This document shows, piece after piece, positions 28,784 to 40,918 of a stretch of 64,000 bases of DNA; within the stretch, counting starts at the first letter, position 1, and the number at the start of each line of letters is the position of its first letter. The stretch is from assembly GCF_009914755.1 (NCBI RefSeq), contig NC_060934.1. One strand, given 5' to 3'. Source of the stretch: the human T2T-CHM13v2.0 reference genome, Homo sapiens. A program made the translations under genes and the position numbers. A model generated the notes under the pieces. That model did not search any database. It was not told the origin of the DNA and saw only the letters and a list, made by a program, of their open reading frames with translations.

Positions 28784-31700
28784 GTTAGACTAACCACAGC
28801 TATTCACACATTTTAGCTTTTTATCCTGAATCCTTATGTAAACGTGGTTTACAACATGTTTTTTGACTAGTAAATCAGATTTGAATTTTATTTAATTCAT
28901 TTCCTTGGGAAATATAATTATAATGTAATTTTTGAATGTTATACTTTTCATTTTGACTTTTATAGTAATGCTGGAACAGAGGCCATAGAATTGGTACTGA
29001 AGGCTAGAAATAAGTGTCCAAGATGAAAAGCGAGTAATAACGCAATAAGAATAGATAAGAAATATTTTAGAGTGCTTATACTCATCGATGCTGGCTAAGC
29101 ATTTTGATATTTTTATTAAAGGGGTTAATATTTTTCATCAGCAAGATACATGTAATTTAGGTAGGAAAAACAAATTTTAATATTATATCAAAAGAGTCAG
29201 CATCAGTCATTTACTGGTCAGGGATATGTCAAAGGTGTCAAAGGAGGGGGGCCTCCCCTTCCGGCTTTAGAACTCTCCAGTTTGCTGATTGTGCCAGTGA
29301 CCTGTGCTTTGCCTCAGCGCTTTCTCCCTCCCTCCCCCTTTTCAGCCAGCTGAACACTGGTTCTATTAGGCTCTCTGACAATGATGTTACAGTCTAAGAG
29401 GTGATGATTCATGGATAATGAAATTATGCTCTCCTTCTGGGGAAGGATAATGCAGAGTCAGATTCATGGATTTGGCAAGAGGTTTTAGGATGCTGTAGGT
29501 GCATGAAATATCTCTTCTTCCCTTGACATTTACCAAAATGAGAACTCAAATCGTTTATTTAAAGTGTGGATTAGACTGCATCAGAAACAAGCATCAGGTC
29601 ATGAAGCCTGAGATAAAGTGAGTTCCAGACATGGCAAGTAAGAATCGAGCCATGAGAAATAAAAAATTCAGAATCTGTGTTGCTTCATCTATTCCTTTTT
29701 GCTCTGGATTCTCATTAGAATCCAGATCTGTAGCTAACCCACGGAGTTTTGCTATTGTTGTATTCTCCTAGCTACCTACACTAAAAATCAGAGGCAGTTG
29801 GGGGAAACAATGAGCACAACAGAATATATAGGTAAATTTGAATGACACAAGTTTTAAGAGAAATAAAATGGATGGATGTTAAATAGTTTGTATCAAATAG
29901 CTCTAATTAAAAATGAATTAAATAATAATAATACATAGGTGAAAGTCACTGCTTTCCTAATCATAATAGCCTACAGAATTGGACCCAAATTCTTTTAGCC
30001 TCCAAAAGTTGGTGATGATTTTGGATACTTAATACTACCAATAAAATCTAAATAACAATAATTTATGATTCTTTTGCATTTGAGGGAAATATCACAGCCA
30101 GGCATGGTAGAATATGGGCCTTAGAAATTAAGACCTAAATTCAAGTTCCTTTGACACTTGCTAATCAAGTCATCACAGGTACATTTCCTGGCTTTTCTGA
30201 ATTTGAAGTTTCTCATATGTAACACAGATGTGTACTATTGACTGCTCATGGTAATTGGGAGGACGAAATGTGAAAAGTACTTTGTAAACTCTAAAATGGC
30301 AACTACCTCTTCTTTTCAAAAAGCCCTTAGTGAGATACTGAGTGGGGTTTGTTGTTCTATGTTTGGCATGAGCCAAAAAGAAATCAGTAACCTCCATGTT
30401 ACAGAACCCCAAGCCCATTTTACATCATTAGAAGTCTAGAACATCGTCTTTGACTTTCTGTTTTCACATAGGCACAGCTTCTTCCACCTCATGTTATCTA
30501 AGTCTATGATTTTTATACTGATTATCACAATGTACAACAGACATAAAGACACCGACCAGCGAACACTAAAACAAATAATTATCAAACACATTGAAAATTC
30601 TACTTGTATTTCAGATCAGGCAACTATAGCAAGGGCTTTCAATCAGGACGTTTACCTGTCCACTCCCTTTCTAGTATCATTGTGTTCAATCCTTGTTGAC
30701 TTTACACTGGATCAATATAATGTTTATATGGCAACATGACATCATTATTGAGCAAAAAGTAATTGCATATAACATGTTACTGTAGGATTAGCACGCATTC
30801 CAGGTATCAGTCACATGATATCTGCTCTGATGTTTCTCCCCTGGCCACTCCAGTGGAAGACTGTGCCCAAGATCTCCTCTTAGTATAGAAATTACTATTG
30901 ACTTTATCAATTATAATTATTGAAAAATCACTGGATAAAAAGGGGTATAAATGTACAGGGACTTCCTTTTATATGTCATTGCTTATGCAAAATTACATCA
31001 TTAATTCATCAAAGAATGACAAAAGGCTTCCTCCGCTGGATGTAGCTGCTCTTACCAATATGAAGTAGCAGGTGTATTTTCAAAATGTTTGTCATTTAAG
31101 AAGACACAGACTGTTCCTCTTTGACAGCTGAGTTCCTATGGCATATCTAAAGATCAGAGAGAGGATGATGGTTTTTCAGGTGGGGAAGCAGTTGTGAGTT
31201 TTCTGACATTTTAACTTCATAGGGTCATGAATGGACGCTCTTGAGTTAGGGATCCTGAACACGTGAGGAAAATTCCAGGAACACAGAGAGAACAGGAATA
31301 TCTGGGACATGATATAAGACCAAGCAAGTACAATGTATTTTACAATTATACTTTCTAACAACAGAACTTCTATAAGCAATAATAATCCATTTTATTGAAA
31401 AAAAAGAAAAACAGCTTCTATCTTATCCTTTCCAGCAAATGTTGTAATGATAATTAATAACTTTATTAACAATTCTCCATGTTTTCTTTTTATTTTTAAG
31501 GGCTCTCACTTCTCCCAATCAGGATTCTCATTTATCCTTTCTCTCACTCTTAAATTGTTCTCCTTATTTGAAAGAGTCTGTAATTCCTATATCACCAAAA
31601 AATGTCTTCCTTTATAAACCAACACAATTCAGTCATTTGGCTCAAAAGAGCAGCATTATCTCCAAAAGAAAAGTTACACACTTGCATTAAATATTAGGAC

Positions 31701-32498
31701 ATAAAACAAATTTAAAGCTGGCTGACACTTCTCTTTCCTCTACAATCTATAAAACACCTCTACAGTATATTATGATTTGCAATTGAAAAAACAGGATATA
31801 TAGTTGAATTACAGTCTTACAAAGTATTAAAGCTTACTGTTTTCCTCCTTAATTAGCTAATTCCTAGAAAACAAAGTATAGGACTTTATGTATAGGGGTA
31901 CTCAACTATATTTCACCAATCAGAAACACTCTTTCCAACAATCAGAATTTTGTCTTCTCAAGGGTAAAATATAGTTTTTTTGGCCTGGCATATAAAATAG
32001 TAAGGCAAATACTACATTTAGCAAAGGCAATTTTTGTTGACATTTCATCACATCAATTACATCTATGCAGGGTGGAAAATACATTTTGTCAGTAAGGAGG
32101 CAATGACTTCAATTAAATGTAAATCCTTAGTCAGCATTCTTGGTGCTAAAGCTTATTAATGAAGTGGGAGCAGAATGAAAATGTCATCAGACAGTGAAGC
32201 TACAGTATCATGAGGCTATGCTACCTTGAGTGGTGTTCATAGCTTCAACTGGGTGGCCCTCATGTAGCTAAAAAAGTGCTCCTTGTCATTAATATTGATC
32301 TATGTACTTTCTAAAAGAAAGAATATGCTTACCAACAGAGCCCTCATATTGACTGTCTTCCTATAAGTTTCCCTCATTAATATTTGATGCAGTCAACCAG
32401 AATCTCACAAGAGCTTTAAAGGAAACTTGTAGAATGCATCATGTTGATATTGAAAAAGTAGAGTAGCTTTTAAAATTCTGATAAATGTGTGACAAGAT

Positions 32499-32596
32499 TA
32501 CAACAGTGAAACCTCTCTAAGGTACAACAGTGAAAATAGTTATAACGGTGAAAACTCTAGGAAGTTTACCATAGTGAAAACTCTCCAAGAAGTTTA
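32499..32596 (+). repeat. Degenerate minisatellite, 4 copies of TACAACAGTGAAAACTCT-like unit
   Basis: Units start at 32499, 32523, 32541 and 32567. Confidence 0.7.
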
Positions 32597-35463
32597 AAAT
32601 TCAGCGCTTTGAGATTAGTGTTGGCATGTACTTGTCAATTTATGAAAGGGATTTTGCCTAATGTATTCAAAATTTTAATGTGAAAGGTATAAATACTTGG
32701 TTTGTTTACTGGCACCAATAGAGGGTTAGGTAACATCACTGAATTATGATTAAAATGGAATATTTAAAGATCTTTCTAATATGGCAGAGGACATATTACA
32801 TACGTATTTGTATTTCCACCAAGGTACGTATGTTGTACATGCCTAAAAAAATATATATATATTTTCCTATTAGGTGAATATTTTTCCTATAATGTGAAGA
32901 TATTTTGGTATAATTGAGTCCTTATTATGTACCAGGAATTTGTATATATTATCTAATGATTTGATAAAAAGTGTTTTATGCGTTTCGTAAACTCAGATAG
33001 TTTTCCTTAAAATATAAGAACAGAGCCCTTTATATTGAGTCTGTCTTCCTGTAAGTTTCACTCATTAATCCTATACATTTTCACTTCTTTATAGGACTGC
33101 TCTAAAATAATTTATACCCCACCCACAAAAGGCTTCTCAAAGCCAAATCATGCATCTCCAGATCCCTTTAGGAAATAATTTCCGATGATTTACCATTAGA
33201 ACATCCCTCTGCTAGTTAAAGTCTAATCTGCCAGTATAGTGTTCCTTCCAGCCTGTGGCACCCACTCCAGCCTATCTCATGTCATTCATTAAAAAGCAGT
33301 AAGTGTTTAGTCTTTTGGACTTTTACAGGGAGGACTAAGTAATAAAATGTAAAAATCTACATATATTTTTATGGGCTTTACTCTGGTCACTTTTATGGTC
33401 TAACACACACAGATGTGTGGAGTCTTTATTAGTTTACACTAAAATGCAAGAGCATTAAGCTAGATATAGACGAAAAGAGAAAGTCAAAGTAGATTTCAAA
33501 ATAGCCAAAAGCTCACATTATACGTTTCTTAATGTTAAAAAAAAAATCCCAAATGATGGAGATCCTGTAATTCACTTTCTTGAAAGCTAATTTACCCTCC
33601 TCTAAGTTTGCCATCACATTCTTAAATTTAAGCTGACATTCCTTCTATTTTCCTATTTCTAATAGGTTTTCCTGGTGTTTTTTTGTTTGTTTGTTTTTTG
33701 GTTGTTCTGTTTTGTTTCTCTGTTGTTTTCTGCCTGCAGATCTTAATTCTTTGAGTGCACTGCCTTGCCTGTTTTTCTAGAATTCCCAATCAAATGTTGA
33801 TCCTGTCAGAAAGTCACAGGGTCAGTTTCATGGTTGGAGTCATCGGACAGATGGACTAGATTGAACTCTACAGCGCAATCTAGTCAACTCTGAGATGTCT
33901 GCCTTGTGTCTTCTCAGCATCCCATTTCCATGTATTTTCTCTATTTGGAAGTAGTATCCATATTGAAATTCCTCCATCCAGTGGTGCCCAGAGCTTTCTT
34001 GGTTTCTTATGCGTTATCAAATATCTGCTCCCAGAGTGAGAGCAGGATTACTGTCCCTTCCAAGGGCACTCACCTTTAAATAGAGATGAAAGTCTTCAGC
34101 TAAAGGTAAGAAAGTTATATATTAAGAGCAGGCATAGCCAGCAGGGTTGGGGAAAGTTCTTCTTAGGCAAAGACCTTTGTAAAGCACTCTGAAATCATCC
34201 TCTATAGATTCCTCAGTATTTTTCTCAAACATGAGTTTGGGCCTTTCCAAAGGAGCCAAGGCAGGGTAAATAATCCATGTTTCATTCAATAAACTATATT
34301 TGAGAATTTTTTTTTCAGTGAATCGCCATTATACAAAGTCTTTCTCCTTAAATTTTTTTCATGGAGAGACAACTTTGTATACCAGAAAGAACTTGGACTA
34401 TGGATCCAGTTTGAATTCTGTTTCTGGGATTTTAGTAACTGTGAAACCTTGAGTCTCAACATCGTCATCCTAATAAAAATGTGTAAAACAATGTAGTTAT
34501 CATGGGATTGTTGCAAGAAGGCAAAGAATCAGCATTTGTTAAATATTTTTCCTGGTACATTTCATATATAATCTAATACTCATAAAGATCCTATGAAGAT
34601 TCAATGAGATGATGTAGATAAAATCATTTAATACAAAGGTTGGCACATAATACTTTCTCCTTCCCTTCATTAGTTCCAACTGCTAAAAATCTCAGTACCA
34701 CAATGCGCTTTGAAAGTCATATTACACTACCTATTTTTATTTTGAATAACAGACTCCTGGTGGACTTTCCGGAAATAGAATCTAAATTTCCATAAGCTCA
34801 AGGGCATCTGGGCACGTAGTTAATACTGAAGAGTGATGGTAGTACATAAAACCAATGTCCTCAGCCTCCCAACAAAGCCCAGCTACAACCACCTTTATTG
34901 CCCTACCCTTTCCCATGCTCTACCACTGGCAGGTTCTCAAAGTAGCCCATGCTTCCCAATCTCTGTGCTTTTGATCAAGCAATTTCCTTTGTGAGAATTG
35001 CCCTTCCTCCCTCCCAAGTCCTCCAGTCAATTTCTGAGCTTTTCCAGAATAGATCAAATTCTGCTCACTCCAGATGTCTTATTAATCTTTTCCTTCCCTC
35101 TTTTCTGTTTTTTTTCCCCCTCTCCCAGAGACTGCATCACAGTCTACCTTATGTTAGAGTTATTAAGGGGTTTGTATCACGATTTGAGGAAATGGATAAT
35201 CTCTTCTTTTCCTTCTTCTTCCAATGGTGGCTGATACAGTCTTTTATGCATGATAGATGTTGTTGAATTGATTTTCTGGTCATTATTATGAAGTTATTAT
35301 TGCAAACAATCTACAGTAAACATTTCAACTCTATGGAAACTTAATTGTATCAACCTTATATTTCTTTGTGTAGTCATAAAAACTTTTTTTAGTTTTAATT
35401 TAATATACACTTTTTCACTATGTACACTCTTCTCATTTACCATTTAACGGGCTTCAAAAATTA

Positions 35464-35886
35464 TAGCTGACCACTAAACAATGTGAGGGTCAAGAGAACA
35501 AACCCTCCCATACAGTCAAAAATCCATATAATATTTTACTCCCCCAGAACTACTAATAGCATATTGTTGACCAGAAGCCTTACTGATAATATAAAGAGTC
35601 AACCCATATTTTATATATGTATCTTATTCTGTATTTTATAATAAAGTAAGCTAGAAAAATGAAAATATTATTAAGAAAATCATAAGGAAAAGAAAATATA
35701 TTTATTATTCATTAAGCGAAATGGATAATCCTAAAGGTCTTCATTCTTGGCATCTTCATGTTGAGTAGGCTGAGGAGGAGATAGAGAAGCGATCGGTCTT
35801 GCTGTCTCAGGGTGGCAGAGTCGGAAGATAATCCACGTGTGAGTAGACTCATGCAGCTCAAACCCATATTGTCCAAAGGTTAATCG
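35464..35886 (-). mobile_element. Tigger2a-like TcMar DNA transposon derivative
   Basis: Decayed CAGTTGACCCTTGAACAA-type TIRs at both ends, TA flanks, internal GTTGAGTAGGCTGAGGAGGAG; about 420 bp. Confidence 0.8.
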
Positions 35887-37430
35887 TATTCTTAGGAAAA
35901 TACAGTTTTAAAGGATCATGTTCTGATTTAAATTGCTTGTGTGTTGTGAATAATCTACCAATCATTTTTTCCTGTGATAGTTACCAAAGCTATGAACATT
36001 TGGAGGGATATGTTAAAGGGAATAAGAGCTACAAAAAATTGAGACAAAGAAATAATATTTAAGTCTAGCTGCGAATACACCTTCATTTTTGTAGAGGCTA
36101 GGTAGTCAACGTTTGTTTAAAAGCCATACATTTGTGATCTCTCCCCGTCCACATCCTCCTGAGAAAGGTCCTTTGCTCTTTAGCTTGGATGTCTCCTTAT
36201 CTCAGCCCCAGTTCTGCAAGGATTCAGCTTTAGATGCATTCTGAGGCCTCTCCTCTCTTACCCACACCAAGGGAACACCCTACGCTATGACAGAAACTAG
36301 GTCTTGGCCTCTGATTTTACGCGTTTCCAAAGTAACTACTCTACTGGAGGCCTCCAACACTCAGAAGCTGACAAGTAGTAATGCTCATCTTTTTTACCTC
36401 CTAAAAGCTGATCATGCAGAAGGCATGTTAGATCATACAGAACTGAAGCATCTTCCCTTTTCTGAGTCTCTCCTTTCCTCCCTTCTGTTCATTCCTTTAT
36501 TCCTTTGCACTACATTTCTTTTTCTCTTTCTCATCTCCACTTAAAATTTCTTTCAATTTTTCTTTCTATCCAACTTTTAAGTCAATCCATACAACTTGGA
36601 TATATGCCTTCAGACTGAGTTAAAAGGAAAATACTAATAGTTTTATCTCTCATGAAAGCAATAATTAAAATGACACCATCTAATAATTTAATGTAAAAGG
36701 AGGGAAAAATTCTATTTGTATTCAACTCTTTTGTTTGGGCCTATAAATGAAGAACTATAATTTTGTAAATTATAGTTTAATTTTAGAAATAAAAATGACC
36801 TCTTCCCTAATATATTTTAAGTTGCATTTTAATTACAATTTGTAAGGTAGGGCAGACTTACAGACCATCCATATCCCTTTTCATGTGAAGTATCTGTCAG
36901 CCTCTGGACCACAGTAAACTTTGTCATTCACAGAGTGGATTCTTTTTTGGAACATACGTGATAAACAAATTGAAATAAAACTTCACTTTAGTTATAAAAA
37001 CTTGTAGTTATAAGGACTTTTGAGAACCTTGCAGTCCATTTTTTTTACCTTCTATTTGAAATTCCAAACTAATTTCATTGTACTTGTAACAATCTTCCAA
37101 GAACTGCAATCCTCAAGTTCTCTCTTTGTTATCCACTTCATGGTTTCACTGTGGTCACTGCATCATTTTTTACCCCTATACGCATCTTGCTTAAGATAAA
37201 CCCAGTGGTTACTTAATTTTTTTTTTAATTCTTCTTTGTTTTCATTCTTTTTAAAGAGGAACAGTAAAATAAGTAGTTAGGTTTTGTGTTTGTTTTTGCT
37301 TTCAGTACTGGAATCTGCTTGGTCCAACTTAGGTAGAGAATCTTGGGCTCCAGAGCGCATAGTTTGAAAAGATGGAAAACGTTGTTCTGAAATTTGCATT
37401 AATCTACTTTAGATTCAAAAATTCCACATA

Positions 37431-37698
37431 GGCTGGGTGTGGTAGGTGGCTCATGCCTATAGGCCCAGCACTTTGGGAGGCCGAGGCAAGGAGGATCACT
37501 TGAGCTCTCAAGACCAGTCTGGAAACATAGCAAGGCCTCATCTCTACAAAAAATGAAAAAAAATTACCTGGGTGTGATGGCACATGCTTGGAAGCTGAAG
37601 TGGGAGGACTGCTTAAGCCCAGGGAGGATACAGTGAGCAACGATTGCACCACTGCACTCCAGCCTGAGCAACAGAGCAAGATCATGTCTCTTAAAAAA
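37431..37698 (+). mobile_element. AluJ-like element (internally deleted)
   Basis: GGAGGATCACTTGAG...GGGAGGACTGCTTAAGCCCAGG, J-type diagnostics. Confidence 0.9.
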
Positions 37699-39169
37699 TA
37701 TATGTATATTTTGCATAGAGTGTCTCATGATGACTGAATAAAAGAAGTCCAGTGGTTAACTAATCTATAATTAATCATAGAAGCAAGAGGTTTCTGACAA
37801 AATGTATTCAGCAGCTTTAAATATGAAACCCACAAATTATATTTCCAGAGGTCAAATTTGCATATAACTCCTTGAACTATGACTATCTCCTCACATTCAA
37901 CTCAGTTTTAAGATCCAGCAGTGTGTTGTACAAAGTAATCAATGGCTAAATTATTCCCATTTTGTTAGCTCAGTTCACAGTAGCCCACTGACTGGTTTAA
38001 ACAAAAAAAAAAACTTATCTGATCTTCAGTTTGTATTTCAACTGTACCCAAGTGCAGATGCCATCTCTGGTAATATGACAAAACAGATTTAGGTTTCTAA
38101 ATGTTTCTGTATGCTCCAATAACAGTATGCAGCCTGCAGTAACTATATCGTAGCTCAAAGTGTTGTAAAAAAATGCAACTGAGTTTGCTGAAGAATCATT
38201 TTAGAGTTAATTAAACCTTCTCCACCTGTAATTTAATAAAAAAAAGAAAGCCCAACATACTCTTAAAGACGATGGGGGAAAGGCAGTTTAAGAAATAAAA
38301 GTCCTCTGTTTATCCAGGGAGGTACTTTACAAGGCAGACAGCTACACCACAGTAGAGAGACAATATTTCCTCAGCTGAGTCGGTTAATTAAAATGCACAG
38401 TTACAACAGACTTTCTTAGAGCCTGCAGCTGAATGACTGAAGTCTCCATTTTACTCCAGTGTCACACAGAACATGAAGAGGCAAACATACTGCCTGAACA
38501 CAATTTGACTCACTAAAATCCAGCACTATAAACACAAAATACATTTCTCGAGTGCATTTTAAAAGACTTATTATCAAGATTTATGACATAAGGATAGAAA
38601 TAATTTGCAACTAGGCACTGCCAGGAGAATATCTTAGGTTCCTCTCAAGGTAATTTTAAGTAAAATTTACAAATAAATCTTAAGGTTAGAGTCCACTTTG
38701 AACGCAGGAATCTTCACCTCTTTCCTTTCAACTGTATGGAATTTGAATCTGACAAACAACCTGTCTGTTGCTAGAATTTATAAGTGATCTGAAAAAAAAT
38801 CAAAGGCCATAAAAGCTATTTGTCAAATAAACTGCAGAACACGATATCAGTCTGCAGGGCTCATTTGCAGAACTCATGATGAGCATGGGAGGAGGGGATG
38901 CTAACAGCTGCAGCCTTGACCGCACTGCCCGTGCCAGCCAGAATTCAAGCCGCGTGAGCTGAGTGTGGCTGAAAGAGGGAGCACACAAATGACATCTTAG
39001 AAGACAAAAGCAAAAAATGACAAAAGAGGTTCTTATATCCAAGTTTTTATTATATCAGTACATCAGCATATACAGAGGATGACCTAAAAAAACCACTTTA
39101 AGATAGATGGGCCGGCAGAGTTTTAAAGGTTTTCAAATTAAGTCTGTTCGTGGAAGACTTACTTTGATT

Positions 39170-39380
39170 TCATGGTGTAGGAGGGAGATCGTAGACTTCG
39201 AATCCACTAGACCTGAAGTTAAATAAACCTGGGCTGCAGTTTTGGTTAGCCTGGTAGCACGGCATGGTATCAGTTTCCTCATCTGTAAAATGGGAACAAT
39301 ACTTCATGTCCCAGCACAATTTTGAGGATAAATTGAGATAACATATGTTTGCAGGCACAGCAGGTGTCAGTAAAAGTTAG
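39170..39380 (+). mobile_element. MIR
   Basis: Core CAGTTTCCTCATCTGTAAAATGGG. Confidence 0.7.
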
Positions 39381-39762
39381 TTTTCTCCTGTCGTTTGCTA
39401 GATATTTTCACAATGCAGCAAGTTGATTCAAGTGGTGAAGTGGAAATTCTCACATTAAACACATAAATTGCCAAGTCTGCAATATATAAAAAATGATTAA
39501 ATGTCCTTGACGCTTACCAATCATTATTAAATCAAACCTGAAAAGGATCTACCAGCAATTTGCAAGCCCGTTATTAATATCCTTTAATGGACTTGCTCTA
39601 TTAAGTATTCTTCTGTAACAATGTTGTTCAGCAACACAACAGAAAAATTCTGTTGTTAGTATTGTGTTTCTTCTAGTAATTCAACATCATTTCCATTTTA
39701 TAAACATTACTTGAGAAATTAGTTCCATTATCCTACAAATCTCTCTTTAAAACATTGCCATA

Positions 39763-39765
<3 letters not shown>

Positions 39766-39804
<39 letters not shown>

Positions 39805-39850
39805 ATGTGTGTGTGTGTGTCTGCGTGTGTGTGCATGTGTCTCTCTCTTT
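39766..39850. repeat. Compound (CT)n(GT)n microsatellite followed by a pyrimidine tract
   Basis: Directly visible. Confidence 0.95.
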
Positions 39851-40918
39851 CCCTTTTTTCTCCTTCCTCACTTTCTCACTCTCTCTTTCCTTTCTCTACC
39901 CCAAACATGGACATATCACACCTTCCCATACTCAGCACTCAAGAGAACATGCTATTGTTATTACAGTAAACCAAAATGGTCTGAGAACTTAGTAACTATT
40001 ACATTTCTAGTGTGAAATAATTTAGGCATTTAAAGGAAGAAAACACAATATCAATATTTATGTTTTTAAAAATTCCAGTAGAGTCTGTGAAATGATGGCT
40101 AAATTAAGCAAAAGCAAATTAATCAAAGAGTTACAAAGGAAGAATTCCAATGGGCACTTAATGAGCACCTATAATGTGCAGGCACATAGGTTGACTTTTC
40201 TTTCTTCCCAGGGCAAACAAAATAGCTTCTCAGGGCAAGGGATATCAGAAATTTGGAGTCACATTAATAGGAAAAGCACTGAGTTAATTGACTGGCTTTG
40301 GAAATTTACTTCACAAAGCATTGGATTTTCTCAAGAGACAAATTTGATACATGTCCTTCACTGGAGACATGAAAATAATTCGTTCTTTTTAAAGACTTTG
40401 AAAAGAGCAGAGACGAGAAAAGCTAGAAGAGTTTCTAAATGACACAAGATCTGTGAAATGATAGATATTTAGCATAAACCTCATAGAGCTGTTGTGTGGA
40501 TTCATTAGTTAATTAGTTAGTTAATGACTTTGAAGTGTTAAATCTTATTAGATTTTTTTTTACACTTTAACACATCTGAGAGAGAAATTACTCTTAAATT
40601 AGAAACTGACTATACCACTCAAAAAGACCATCTTTTTATGGTATATCTTCAAGATGCTCTTTCCTGTTCTGAATTTTTTTCCTGAAATTCTGGGAAGCCT
40701 ATCTACATCCTGATCCCAAATCCAATTCCCCCACCCTTTTTTTTTTTTCAGTATTAGCATTGGCTTCCAGTTAACACTAAGCACAGCCTTAAGAAACTCT
40801 CACGGCGAGGTGTTTTGTATAAAAATATAAAGATGTTATGTGGTAATAATGGCATCAAGAATTAAACATGCTACTTAAACATAGTTTTGTACTTTTGTAC
40901 AGCAGGGGAAAACAAATA

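Noticed and set aside
32499-32596. CRISPR-like repeat-spacer array
   Set aside because: Eukaryotic context, degenerate units, related rather than unique spacers, no cas genes.
39763-40015. ORFs over (CT)n(GT)n and over the TATGCA array (54503-54833)
   Set aside because: Stop-free microsatellite artefacts.
40092-40442. 116-aa ORF in unique sequence
   Set aside because: No domain, splice or codon-bias support; its length is compatible with chance.
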